From NCBI RefSeq assembly GCF_009914755.1, contig NC_060925.1: a stretch of DNA of 64,000 nucleotides, one strand, 5' to 3'. This stretch comes from the human T2T-CHM13v2.0 reference genome, Homo sapiens. The stretch's first letter is position 1; every line of letters starts with the position of its first letter. Positions 26,201-40,673 of this stretch are shown piece by piece. Both the position numbers and the translations under genes were made by a program. The notes under the pieces were generated by a model that saw nothing but the letters and a program-made list of their open reading frames with translations, was not told the origin of the DNA and searched no databases.

Positions 26201-28511
26201 ATAATTGGGTTTACTCTGAACATTTTACATTTCTTACCTTCATTTTAAGTAAACTCAATTTTCATATTATTTTTATGGTTATGACCTATATTAAGGAAGT
26301 ATAATAATTTATTGAAATGTGACTTTATTTTTGACATGTTGGCTGTTTTCTGTTTTTCACTAATATATATAATGCCAGATCTATGTTCATAGATTCCATT
26401 GTATTTTTATGCTTATTTCCCTTAGCTGTATTCTTAGAATTTGGAATTATAGGTCAAAGGGTATGCCTGTATTACAGGATTACGGTACTCATTTCACTGT
26501 TTTCAGAAAATCCTTTCCATTTACATTCTCAAATTTTAGAAGTGAATGCTAATTTCCTCATTTGTTCCTTACTCAGATTATCTTTTTTTTCTTTTTAGTG
26601 CTTGTGTATGTGATAGTGAAAATATAGGATCCCTATTTATATTTTCAAATGCACTTTCCTGATTACCATCTACTTGCTATTTTTTTCATGTTTACCTTGT
26701 CATTTGTGTTTCTTTACTTTATGAATTGCCTTTTCTCATCTTGCATCTATTTTTCTATTCATGTATTGTCATGCTGATTTGTAATAATGCTTTTGTTCAT
26801 TAAAATGATTAACCTCTTGCCTATTTCTCCTGTTTTTGTGAGTTTTACCATTTTTTACCTTTATATATATATAGTGCTTATATATAAAATATATACATAA
26901 AACATATATAAATATATAAAATATATAAAAATTATATACAGATAGCATTTTATGACATGATAATGTTGAATTTTTATATAATCAAATTTTATATAATTTT
27001 GACATAATCAATCAATTATTTCATGTATGTTTCTTCCCCTTAGTTTTATTATTCTGATAAGTTTAGACTACACATTTAGCAGTTAGAATTTCAAACATTT
27101 ATCCTCCTAGACTTTTCATGCTTCCAGTTCTTTATATTTAACTTTATAATCCTATTGTTTGTATCCTAAATATTTGTTAAATGCCAGATACTAGGATACA
27201 GAAATAAACAAGATACTTCTCTACTCTCATAGGTTTTATATCTGGTAGAGGAAACCAAACCAAAACAAACAAGCAAACTGATAAATATTATAGTGGCAAG
27301 GTATAGTTTGTCCTATGAATAATCACACAATTTAGAGAACAAGGTAGTCGAGAATGTGTCTTTTAGAAGGCGACTTTTGAAGCTTATAACTTTTCTCTAT
27401 GCAACAGAAAACAGGTAGAAGCTATATGAGGTAGGTCTGTGTCTAGTAGCTTCTGTTTTCTCAATGAAGAATGCCTTGAGTCCTAAGCCAGATGAAGGCT
27501 GAGAAAAGAAGTGTGGAAAGCTCAAGGAAAGTAGAGAATGTCTAGAATGATCATCTCTGAGATAAGAAGGGAATTTACTAGAAATATATCTGAACTTTAT
27601 TTCTCTTGGGTATTATGTAGGATTCAAATTAAATTTTTAAAATCATCAACCATTTGTAAAGTAATCATTTATTAACTATTTATTTTATTCCCTGATTTAA
27701 AATAAAACCATCATGTAAAGTAATGTATTTACTAGATTACATTTAGAATTTCTATTCTGTTCTATTATTTGATTTTTTATGACTAAATCAATATCATATA
27801 GCCTGAATTGTTAGTATTTTTAAAAATATTTTAATATCTGGTTTTTCAAACCCTCTAATTCCTTCTTATTGCTGTAGCTTTTGTTTTTGTCATTGTTGTT
27901 TTTGCCTATATATTTATCTGGACAAAATTCGAGGTCACTTTTTTAGGTTCTAAATAATGTTTTGGTTTTTGGTGGCTTGTTTTTTAAGTCTTTTTTGTGC
28001 AATTAATTTTGCGGTTATAAAGTGATTGGGGAAACAAAAAAAAATTCAAAGGTAAGGAAAAGACATTTTGAAAAAAATAGATATTTACAAAAAGTTACAG
28101 TGGAACTTTTTCTAAAATATCTACAAATATAGATATTTTAACATAAGTCATCCAAAAGAAAAATTGATATTTCCAGAATGCCAACACAAATTATCAGAAT
28201 CAGTCTGAGAATCACTAATTGAAACAGAATTTTAAAGTGAATTAATGAAATAAAAGGACTAGTCCAATCAGATATGAGGAAATAAGTTGACAGATAATTT
28301 TTTGCTAACAGATAATTTAGCTTTTTTTCAAATGGTGAGGATATTGCTATTGAAAGCATATGATGTTTAGCAATACAGAAATTGGATTTGGGAGTTAATT
28401 TTATTAGGACCAATATTATCATTCCTTTTAGGTTAAATTTGCTAATTGTAATATGACTTTTTTAGTTACTCACTTGGAAGACCTTAAAACATAAGCATTT
28501 TCCACTTATAG

Positions 28512-28642
28512 GCAACGTTCTGCATTAGGAGAATGTCTAGCTGCCTTTGCTGGTGCTTTTCCTGTAGCATTTTTGGAAACTCATCTGGACAAACATAATA
28601 TTTACTCCATCTACAATACCAAGTCTTCACGAGAAAGAGCAG
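28512..28642 (+). CDS. RYR2: RYR2 exon (~67), 131 nt: [43 protein letters not shown]
   Basis: tatAG acceptor, CAG|GTAACA donor, in frame. Confidence 0.96.
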
Positions 28643-29267
28643 GTAACACAGAAACATGTGCAGTGCTTTGAGATATGAAGCTAAAACTTGATATTTATCA
28701 TATTGTCCAATAGTGATTTTTAATGAGCTCTTTCAGTTTACTATATCCAATCTTGTTTGTTCTTAAATGTTATTGTTTGGTATTCTATGTGATGTACCCT
28801 GTGATAGATGAGGGAGATATGATACATATAGGGCAGCAATCAGAATATGTGGTAATTCAAGAGCAAGGTGACTGAGCAGGCCCCTTGGACAGCGTGTATG
28901 TGTGTTGATTGTGAGAGCTCCTAGAGGTAGAGTCATCTTGTGTGGCAGATGAGGGAGTATCGCAGCCTAGACGTAATCCCAGGTTTCTCTTCTGGGTGAC
29001 TGACTGGATAATGTCCCCACCAAGTTAGGGCATGCTCAAGATAGGCTGGAGAGAAAAAGAGAAGTTTAAATTTAGATCCATCGTGTTTTAGTTGTGCTTG
29101 AGACATCCAGGATGAGTCAGAACAGTTTTTAAGAAACATGGCTTTACAGATATTAGCTTATAGCAGAAAGAATGGCCAAAATTGTCTAGATGAACATGCA
29201 AACCAAAAAAGAGAAGAGAATCAAAGATAGATTCCTAAAGATAATCAGCATTTGAAAGTTCAGCAAG

Positions 29268-29567
<300 letters not shown>

Positions 29568-30247
29568 TCAGCAAGGAGAAGAGAGTCAGTAAGGACACTG
29601 ACAACATTCAGAGGGAGCCAAAAAGGCTGGGCACATTGATGTTAAGAAAGAAGGGAGTTTTAGGAAAAGGGAATTTGGTCCTGGGTATGAAATGCCACTG
29701 AAAGGTTGGAAAGATGAGTTGTAAAAGTGCAATTTTGCTGCACAGTGAAAAGCAGCTTTGTTCCTGAGGACGGAGAGTGCCTGGATAGCTAAGTAATCCA
29801 GGAAAGATTTGAGTATCTTGCTGGGTAGGAGGTATTACAGGGCTGAAAATACAGGTCTGAGCAAGGCATCAGGTATTTGGTGGAGCCGTGAGTGGGGGAC
29901 TTCAAAACTTCCTCGAAAACGGGGAATGGAGGCCAAGGTGGAGCCAGTCATAAATGGCTTGTAGGTCATGAGAGCAGCAAAGTTAGAGGAGGAAATATTT
30001 GATACTATTGTTTGCTGTAAAGTAGGAGGAATGGCTGTTTTCTGGGAGTGATGGTACAGTAGGAACTTAGGGGAAAGAGAGAAGCTTTGAAATAGCTACC
30101 TTGAAACACAGGAGAAGGAGCCAGTTGCAGGCATGCCACGTCTTGCTAAATTTTGAAGTCCAAAATGAAATAGTTGCCTGTGGAAATCCGCCATATCATC
30201 TCAGTACTTTCTTTGAATATCATCCATTTTTATATGTACTTCTCCAG

Positions 30248-30568
30248 CTCTCAGTTTGCCAACTAATGTGGAAGATGTTTGTCCAAACATACCGTCTTTG
30301 GAGAAACTCATGGAAGAAATCGTGGAATTAGCCGAGTCCGGCATTCGCTACACTCAAATGCCACATGTCATGGAAGTCATACTGCCCATGCTTTGCAGCT
30401 ACATGTCTCGTTGGTGGGAGCATGGACCTGAGAACAATCCAGAACGGGCCGAGATGTGCTGCACAGCCCTGAACTCAGAGCACATGAACACACTTCTAGG
30501 GAACATATTGAAAATCATATATAATAACTTGGGGATTGATGAGGGAGCCTGGATGAAGAGGCTAGCAG
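30248..30568 (+). CDS. RYR2: RYR2 exon (~68), 321 nt: (A)[15 protein letters not shown]...[12 protein letters not shown]
   Basis: Overlaps ORF 30256..30600; tccAG acceptor, CAG|GTAAGA donor; symmetric phase 1-1. Confidence 0.97.
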
Positions 30569-31061
30569 GTAAGAACTGGAAGAAGACATTGTACCCCTGA
30601 AATCTGTTTTATTTCCAAAAGAATTTTAAATACATAAACTAGAATTTTCCCATCACAATTTTTATTAATATTTTCTTTACTCAAAAATATTAGTATTTGT
30701 CATGCTATTTTTTAATGTAGATAAAAACAGGCATTGGGTATATGTTAAATAGTTACTACTTTTAAGTAAACATTTTTCTGACTTGTCAATCTCTGTAAGA
30801 TTAATCAATAAACACAGCAGTAAAAACTAATGATTTTATAGCCAGAGACAAAAATAAAACATTCAACTTTTAGCAATCCACTTGTAGCCATCTGTTATAT
30901 AGAGAATGTGAAGAGAAGGGAGGGTAAACCAAAAAAATGTAGTCTAATGTCTACAATTATTGCATTATTTGTATTGAAAAGTTAGAAGCAATCTAAGTAC
31001 CCAATAACCAGAATATGGCTAAATAAGTTGTATACATCTACATGCCAGAATATTATGTCAT

Positions 31062-31391
<330 letters not shown>

Positions 31392-32154
31392 TGAAGTTTC
31401 AACAATATTTTATGCCCTGGAAATACTCATATTATGAAGGGAAAAATGGAGAATTTTTAAAACAATGAATTCAGAATGTTATATGTATAATATATATGTA
31501 AATGAATTTATCTACTGATGAAAACTCCAGAAAAATGCAGCAATGACTTATTAATTTGGGTAGATGATTATGGTTGACTTTAACTTTTCTCTTGTATACT
31601 TTTCCCCAGTGCATATATGTTACTTTCAGGGGGAAAAAAGTCATTTTAAAAATGGCCCAATCAAGTTTAGAACTATTATTAACAACTATGGTTATTATTA
31701 AATAAGAGAGCAGTGTTCCATATAATCTAACTCTTCCATTGTGCCAAGGATGGGGATAGTTAAAATGAGATAACTGTATATAGTCTCATGTAGTAATTAT
31801 GTAGCAGAGCTTGTCCCTATTCTAAGGGTTAGGGGAACCTTTTCCATTTGGGAATTTTATTTCTTGTGTGAAAATGATTTCCAAAATGAGTGAAAGTCTT
31901 TTTTTTCATTCTAAATTAGCTATCTATTCTAAAAACAAGGAAGATCGTTGAATTCAACTCAGTAAACATTTTTTTAATGGCAGCTATGCAATTAGAACTT
32001 GGACTAGAAAAATGGCTGAGGCATGAGCTGTACCCTTAAGGAAGTCATGTGCTGGAGAAGGAGGCTTTAATTATGTTACAATTGTAATTACAATCTATCA
32101 TCATGTTAATGAATGGTTTTACAGAGCAGAATACTAATGTCTGTCTTTAAACAG

Positions 32155-32395
32155 TGTTTTCCCAGCCTATAATAAATAAAGTGAAACCTCAGCTCTTGAA
32201 AACTCATTTCTTGCCGTTAATGGAGAAACTCAAGAAAAAGGCAGCTACGGTGGTGTCTGAGGAAGACCACCTGAAAGCTGAGGCCAGGGGGGACATGTCG
32301 GAGGCAGAACTCCTCATCCTAGATGAGTTCACCACACTGGCCAGAGATCTCTATGCCTTCTACCCTCTCTTGATTAGATTTGTGGACTATAACAG
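32155..32395 (+). CDS. RYR2: RYR2 exon (~69), 241 nt: (V)FSQPIINKVKPQLLK...YPLLIRFVDYN(R)
   Basis: Overlaps ORF 32154..32411; aacAG acceptor, CAG|GTATGA donor. Confidence 0.97.
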
Positions 32396-32775
32396 GTATG
32401 ATCAAAAGTAATTTAGTAATTTCTCCAATTCGGTCATAACGTTTCTTGGCTCACATGTCCTTGTTCAATCGCTTCATTCACTATTTTGCCATGAGCTTGT
32501 TGGTAATTATAATTAACTGTTTATAGGCAAGTTAATTTTTGGCTTAAAATTAAAACACCTTAAAATCAAAGTTGGCCGTTTCATTCTGATTTTGCATGTA
32601 AAAGTTAACAGTTTGACAGTTATGATGTTTAAATTTTTTTTTAAATATTACAACACTGTGCTGAAACCATCATGAGCTCTGTGGTCAGTACATTTAACTT
32701 TGGGGGGATGGTTTTTTTTTTTAAATTAACTTTAAGGAGTAGCTGAGAAACCACTTTATTTATTATGTGATCCAG

Positions 32776-32863
32776 GGCAAAGTGGCTAAAGGAGCCTAAC
32801 CCAGAAGCAGAGGAGCTCTTCCGCATGGTGGCTGAAGTGTTTATCTACTGGTCGAAGTCCCAT
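32776..32863 (+). CDS. RYR2: RYR2 exon (~70), 88 nt: [29 protein letters not shown]
   Basis: tccAG acceptor, CAT|GTGAGT donor, in frame. Confidence 0.96.
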
Positions 32864-33995
32864 GTGAGTGTGAAAATATTGATAGATCACGCCTACTGTT
32901 TGTAGGCACCTGCTTACTTGCCTCCTAGGTTTCATGTAACAGTTGAGGAGAGAGAATAGGTTCCCCTGAGGAGTTTGAGGGAATATAAACCTTCTTCTGA
33001 GTTTTGCAATTTATCCTTTAAAAAAATCACAGGGATTTTTAATTGCACTCCATAAACATATTTTAAATTTGCCCCTAAATTTTGGACTAATATTGACATT
33101 GCATAAAGATGTACTATTTTTACTATCTAGCTTTCCCTATCTCTTGGCATTTTGTTCTCTTAATTTGCAGTTCTCAGTTTGAGACGTGCTTAAATAGACT
33201 AGCAATTTCCAACAATAACCCACACTCATTTTACTTGTAAAGGTACTGCTTCCATAAATTTGTTTTATCTTCACACACTTTACACCTAAGGAATTTAGTT
33301 TGGCTCACATTTTAGAATCTGTTGGGTTTTAAAATAAAGCTTCTTTCTACTGACAATCCTGTTGATAGAATTTCTAAAGTACGTATTTGGTGAATTTTCA
33401 CTATTTTGTGTATTGCAAGTGGAACTATGTATTTTTAAACCTGGAAAAGATTTTAATCATAACAATCGTATAGTAGTCTATCATTATTTCAGTAACTAGC
33501 AGAATATAGATAAAAGAGCATTGATGATTATCCTGAATTATTTTAAAAATTTAGAATTTTTATATCAATTATAATTCTATGCCACTCTGTAAATGAGAGA
33601 CAAAGAAAATAAAAATTTCAACCTCAGTTTTATCATCTGAGATATCTTACCAGTTTACTTAATCAGACTGTTGTACAAATCAAGTTACTTTGAATACATA
33701 ATATTTTTTAAATATGCATATTTAATATTTGGGATGACAAATATTATTTATTGCCTACATCTGAGGAGTCTGTCAAACTTAATAGCAAACTTTATATAAA
33801 AACATACATTAAAAACATAATCACTCAGAAAGGATATATGAAATAATGGCTGCTTAACATGCAACTTTGTATCTTCACAAAGATACAAATTTATTTATCC
33901 TGTGTAACTCATGTTTGGGGGATGCAATAGATCATCCAAGGTATTCTGAAGGAAAATTCAAAATCCACTGTAAAAAGATAAATAGATTAGGTATG

Positions 33996-34031
<36 letters not shown>

Positions 34032-34147
34032 GCATGCCCGGTGACAGGTGGGAGCATTGCTTGAGCTCAGGAGTTAGAGGCTGCAGTGCCCTATCATTGC
34101 ACAGCTGCATCCCAGCCTGGGTGACAGAGCCAGACCCTGTCCCTAAA
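33996..34147 (+). mobile_element. (TAGA)~8 short tandem repeat followed by an AluJ/FRAM right-arm fragment
   Basis: GATA-type repeat, then GGTGGGAGCATTGCTTGAGCTCAGGAG...GACAGAGCCAGACCCTGTC. Confidence 0.85.
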
Positions 34148-35056
34148 TACATACATGAATGAATGTATAAATAAATGAATTCCAGAAGAAATCAGTCCAT
34201 TTTGAGCTGCCAAAAAACAAAGATGAATTTTTGCTTTTTGCCTGTTGTTTTCCCTGTTGGGTTACTTCACTTAGAATGCCTCATGGGAAAATAGGGGGAG
34301 CCCAGGAAAAAATTACTAAAAACTGCATATTTTTATTTGAAGAACTGAAACTCTTCAGTTTCCTCGATCATTAAAATGCCGAAGAAGCGTCTTTAGATTT
34401 AGGTACAAGACTAAAGTTTGGAACAAGAGTATTTATCATAATCAGTATGTTTTCAGATGAATGTCTAATCATACTTTCAAGAATAAGCAAAAATATCTGA
34501 ATATGTACTTTTGAATCTCATGGGCATATATTAATATAAACATAAATTGGCTAATGTGTTATGTTTTTCCCCAAATATTTAAAGATAAATTGATTTTGCC
34601 AGTCTTTTTATGTTCCCAAATTAAAAGGGAATAAATAATGATATGGTATTTTAAAAACAGGTAAAAAATCTGACAGAATAGAAAGTTACGTCATAGTTCT
34701 ATGTGTCCTCGGAAAGTCTATGTTAATCTCAGGAATCAGTATATGCCTTTCACCAGCTAACCAGGCGTTTGAATATTCATTCTACTCCTTGGTAAACATG
34801 TGATCTTGCAATGAAATTTTCTGAATCTTAGTTTTCCCATCTTTGCAATGTGCATATTCATATCTAGTTCACAGAATTCTTGCTTCTAGCCAAGTACCCT
34901 CATTAGATACTCAAGAAATACTTGTATCCTTTTTTGATAATTCTTATATATCAAATTAATACTTATCTCTGTAAAAACTTGCAGGTTCTGTGTAACCTCT
35001 AATTACAAAGACTTCTTTAAGTGGTTTTAACTGAAATTTCCTTTGCAACTTCTCAG

Positions 35057-35149
35057 AATTTCAAAAGAGAAGAGCAGAACTTCGTTGTACAGAATGAAAT
35101 CAACAATATGTCTTTCCTTATTACTGATACCAAGTCAAAGATGTCAAAG
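35057..35149 (+). CDS. RYR2: RYR2 exon (~71), 93 nt: [31 protein letters not shown]
   Basis: ctcAG acceptor, AAG|GTATTA donor; conserved RyR motif. Confidence 0.97.
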
Positions 35150-35254
35150 GTATTACTATAAACTGTTTCACTGTTCTGGAAAATATCTGAATGTGACTTT
35201 CATGAATTGACTTTTTTTTTTTAGATTTTCGAAGATTTGTAACTGGAATCTGAC

Positions 35255-35845
35255 AGATTTGGTAATGTTATAAATTGGTTCAAATATGCAAGCTGTTTTA
35301 AGGTTACTGGAATTTGTTTGAATCAGGCATGGTAAGACATGCAGACGGGAAATGACTGTCATGAAGGAAGACATTTCTACTGACAGATCCCTGGAAACAG
35401 GAGGCATGGCATGCCAGGCAGGGCCCCCTGGGGAGAGGTCAGGGTCAGTCAGGAGGTAGAGAGAGCAAGGAGAAGACGTGGGCGAGAGCTTGCCTCGTGG
35501 TCTCCACTGGAAGGAATGGACAAGGCAGGGCAAACAGGTTTCTGATTGGCTAATTTGAATACTTTTCAGGGGCTCCACATCATAGGGCCTGTCCTTGGCT
35601 GCCTGGTACCTAGTCCCAGAGTGATTAGAGCAGGTGGATAGTAGCCCAGAGTATAAGAGCCCGATAGGTGAGGCAGGGGTCAGTGTGGGCTCTGGGTTGG
35701 TTGACTTGTATATGAAAAGCAAGCTCCCCAAACCAAGGAAGCCATTTCCTTCTCTAGGACTTGCCTAACGATGGGAGGGACTGCTGTCTCCCCAGGATCA
35801 GCAAATCTCCAAGATGTCAGAGCAACAGAATAAAGACATGCTTCA
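35255..35845 (-). mobile_element. ERVL-type solo LTR (MER76/MER77-like; subfamily uncertain)
   Basis: GC-richer block resembling the ERVL LTR consensus as I recall it (GAAATGACTGTCATGAA, CAGATCCCTGGAAACAGGAGGCA, GATTGGCTAATTTGAATA); CCAAT boxes on the minus strand. Confidence 0.6.
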
Positions 35846-36555
35846 CACACACACACTCACACACACACACACGCACCCCCCACTCACCAAAAGTCAGTGT
35901 AATGTATGTTTAACATGTCAACACTATGTGTCCATCAAGTGTGAATATTTGTGTGCTTATGTGTACCAAAGAAACAGACCTCAAAATAAATTCGCTGCAT
36001 TATTTAAAAGCCACATGGACGAATTCCAGGTTCTCACACATGAAGTGGGAAGTATCTTTCCAGATTTTTGTTTTCTCTGTCACTCGTATTGGGGAGGGGA
36101 GTAGCTTCCATTTAAAGCATTTTAAAGGGGCTTTATATGTTTAATTCCTGCTAAATGAGAAATAAATATATTACATGTGGTAACATTTGGCTGCCAAATG
36201 GCCAAAGATCCAAAAATGACTGCTACTCAGGCAGAGCAAATTAGCCTCTACTGACTCAATAAATTCTGGCAACAGAGTAGCTTAGGTACACCCACTCCAC
36301 TGACCTCCAAAAGTCACCGGATCCTCAGGCCTGCTCTGTGATCTGTCACAAGGGAAGTAGAATGGTATTGCTTGGTAGGCCTAGTCTTGTTTAAGAGTTT
36401 TGAATGCCCTGTGTTTGACCCGACAGCACATGAACTAGAAGCTAATGCCAGAAGTCTGTGTATTCCTGTACAGATACCCTTTTCCCTCTTTTCCATCAGT
36501 TGAGTCCAGTGATTCTCAAAGATACTCTCAAAGCACTACATGTCATAGAACCTAG

Positions 36556-36979
<424 letters not shown>

Positions 36980-36982
<3 letters not shown>

Positions 36983-37027
36983 GCACTCCAGCCTAGGCAA
37001 CAAGAATGAAAATCCATCTCAAAAAAA
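36980..37027 (+). mobile_element. AluSq/Sp-like 3' terminal fragment
   Basis: ATTGCACTCCAGCCTAGGCAACAAGAATGAAAATCCATCTCAAAAAAA. Confidence 0.85.
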
Positions 37028-38020
37028 TATATATAGATAGATAGATAGGTAGATAGCATTTATTACAAGTTCTCTGTGTTTATTTGTGGGTGTGAGAAAG
37101 GTGGGTTTTGCCTGTTGCATTATACAATTGTACTCTGTTTTTTTCTTAAGATTTCATTTCCTGTTGAAATGTAATCACAGGCCTTGGACATTTAAAGCTA
37201 GGCTAATTTTTATAATTACTATATCTAAAATACAAAAAAGTATCTTTTTATAGGTTTTTTTTTTTGGTAGGCTATTTCATTGTGGGAATATTAGAAAATT
37301 TTTTGTAAGTTCCCACAGAAAGGTCATGTGATAAATACAACCAATTAAAACTGTGCTTTCTGTTCATAATGTGGCAAAGGAAAGAGCTTGGCTTTCAGAG
37401 GCAGATCAGCCTGGAGTGCTGACTCTGCCACTTCATAATCCCTTCACTCATCTTAAACCTCACTGTTCGTAGCAGCAAAATGTTTGTCATGCTGCTTACC
37501 TTGATGGAGGCTTGTAAAATCAGAATAATGTGTGTGTTGTGCCTCACAGATTATAGGCATGCAACAAATTTTAATAGATATGAATTGTAGTAACAAAATG
37601 ATAAAGTTAAAATACAGCTGAATATCTAACAATCATATAGTTAATAAGTACTTAGAAAACGTACGAGAGAAAGAAACTGATAGGATAGTCAAAGATGTCA
37701 GAGGTAAGTGAGGATTTGAATAGGTCTTGGAAAATGAGTCTTTTCTAGATGGGTCATAAGGAGAGAGGGTGGAGGAGCCTGCTGATAACCCATTTTATGC
37801 AGCCATAGCACTGTTTTTGCTCAAATCTAACAGTATATTTGAAGAAGAGTCTGTTTGATGTCTTTCTTGCCATTTTCCTGGTCCACTATTAAATTTAAAG
37901 CTATTTTCTGTGAAATTGTTACAATCATATTTGTATGTTTGTGGGTGTGTGAGAGACAGAGATAGAGAGGAGGCAGAAGCAGAGGTTGATTGATTGATTG
38001 ATTAAAGAAAGGGCTCAAGT

Positions 38021-38336
<316 letters not shown>

Positions 38337-38957
38337 TCAGGTGATTGATTTAAGAAAGGGCTCAGGTTAGTCCACTTCCCTTCTTAAATATGCCCACATA
38401 TGGGCCATGTTATTACATCTTCATATCTGATCCAAATGCACAGATTGAAAATGAAAAAGTGTGCAAATTCATTAGCTTTAGCGGCTCTGTTTAAATTATT
38501 GAGCTGCGCCTATGAGCAAGGCACAGTGCGTGGCTTTGAATACAGAGAAACGACAAAACAGGTTTGGCAGCTGCCCCAAAGGAGCTGCATAGTTTGGGGA
38601 GGAAATAGGCACTAAACAAATGAACAAAAAATACCCAATATGTGCGTACAGGAGGATATTTTATTGCTTATAGATTTAATTTCCTCATATGAACAGTGAC
38701 ATCACCCATAAATGTTCAAATATTTACTACTCTTTCCAGTTATAGATTTCTTCTGGGGTGGAAAGCAAAATTATTGTTTGTGTATAAGTAGGAATTCATT
38801 TGCCTAGTGTTACTCAAAATTGAGCAATTTGTAGATGTGTTTAGTGTTGATTATTTTTATTATAAGCTCACAAATATTTATAAATATTAAACCAGATATA
38901 AGCTCCTTCTGCCTATACAACCATAAAACCAAAAGAACTTTACAGGTTAAAATCAGT

Positions 38958-39049
38958 GAAAACTCTAACACCAATAAATTTAGACTAAGAAAACTCCAAA
39001 CCAATACAATTTAGACTAAGAAAACTCCAAACCAATACAATTTAGACTA
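38958..39049. repeat. 31-bp tandem repeat, three copies
   Basis: GAAAACTCCAAACCAATACAATTTAGACTAA units at 38958 (diverged), 38989 and 39020. Confidence 0.9.
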
Positions 39050-40064
39050 TATTGGGGATGTCGCTTTGCTGAAACTAAATTACCGGTATTGGATAGAAGT
39101 ATGTTTGTATAATTTATATCAATTTGCTTAATTTTTAGGATAGTGGTTCTTCCTTTGGGCAATTATTTTTATCATTTTAGTTATGTTGTCCTTTGAACAA
39201 AGAGCCCATTTTAAATGATCCATTTTTTAATGAATGAGTCAATTTAACAGTACAAATTATTCATCATATTTTTTCTAATAAACTTACTGAGAATAATCTC
39301 TTACAAGTTGGTATGTATAAAAATGGGATTCATGCAATAAGCATATCTTTTTGGAACAGAAGTATAATTCTTACTGCTATGGTTCAGAAGATTATAGGTT
39401 TAATATAACACTTCAATATGTAGTTTAATTATTACATAATTGTATATTTTATAACGTAATATATAAGCTATCATTGCTATATGGTGACTCACTTGTTTCA
39501 CTACTTTCACTATGGTAAAAATGTCTTTCAACCTCATGCTATGATACACTTTACCTTCTGTTAAGTAAAACAAATCATTTGTATATTAAATTCTATTATG
39601 TTTTTTCTCAATAGCCCAAGACTATTACAATGTATTTATATTTATAAATATTAAAATATTTTTCATTATCATTTCATTATCACGAAACTATGTTGTAACT
39701 TTGAATTACTGCTACAAAATATTCAACATGCACAAATAAGTGGATGTGGGACAATTATTTTAATTTTGACATTAGAACATGCCATCTTGATAGAATACTC
39801 ATTACCCAGTGAAAATTAGATTCTGTCGTTTAAGGTGACCCTGTGTTACTAGCATAAGCCTCAAAAACATCACAAGAGAGCCCTTGAGTAACATGGCAGT
39901 ATTCAGTTGTAAACTGGTTATCCAGATCGTCCTGAATATTTATGAAACTCCAATGAGTATATTACTTCTATTTCTACTAGACGGGGACTGAGGCTCTAGG
40001 AAGACAAGTTTGCAGACTGTATAAAAGAAAAATGCATTTTATAATTGTTCTGATATATTAGACC

Positions 40065-40088
40065 ACACACACACACACACACACACAC
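40065..40088. repeat. (AC)12 microsatellite
   Basis: Seen directly. Confidence 0.92.
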
Positions 40089-40502
40089 CATATACATGTA
40101 TATATATTTCAAAGCAAGCATTTGTCAAAACAAAAATAAGCCCTTTATTCTTATATTTCTTAAGCATTGAAAATTAGAAAGCACACAATATCTGAAATTA
40201 CTATAGAATTTTTTATATATTTATCTGCTTCCCTAAAATTACAATTTTCATTTGTCTTCTAAAAATTACGTGGGAATGCATACCAGTGAATTATAATGAC
40301 CTAGGAATCTGAGGGTAGGACTTGAAATCAGCAAAAGATACTAAGAAGGGAAGAGAAAAATTATTCTCAAAACAGGAGGATTTTCAAAACTAGGGAGCAG
40401 CAGAAAATGAGGAAGATGAAGTGACAAGTTAGGGAAGAGTCATAGTGGTTCTACATGTGAGAAAAGCAGGTTCAGATCCCAGCACTTCTCTTTGTTCCAT
40501 AG

Positions 40503-40673
40503 GCAGCTGTTTCTGATCAGGAAAGGAAGAAAATGAAGCGCAAAGGAGATCGGTATTCCATGCAGACCTCTCTGATTGTAGCAGCTCTGAAGCGGTTACT
40601 GCCCATTGGGTTGAACATCTGTGCCCCTGGGGACCAGGAGCTCATTGCTCTGGCCAAAAATCGATTTAGCCTG
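40503..40673 (+). CDS. RYR2: RYR2 exon (~72), 171 nt: [24 protein letters not shown]...AKNRFSL
   Basis: catAG acceptor, CTG|GTAAGT donor, in frame. Confidence 0.97.

Noticed and set aside
35168-35731. 187-aa minus-strand ORF
   Set aside because: Lies in an LTR-like repeat, has a non-ATG start and shows no recognisable protein similarity.
40500-40506. Possible NAGNAG acceptors at exons 72 (TAGGCAG) and 73 (CAGAAAG)
   Set aside because: The second AG is 4 nt downstream, not 3, so its use would shift the frame.
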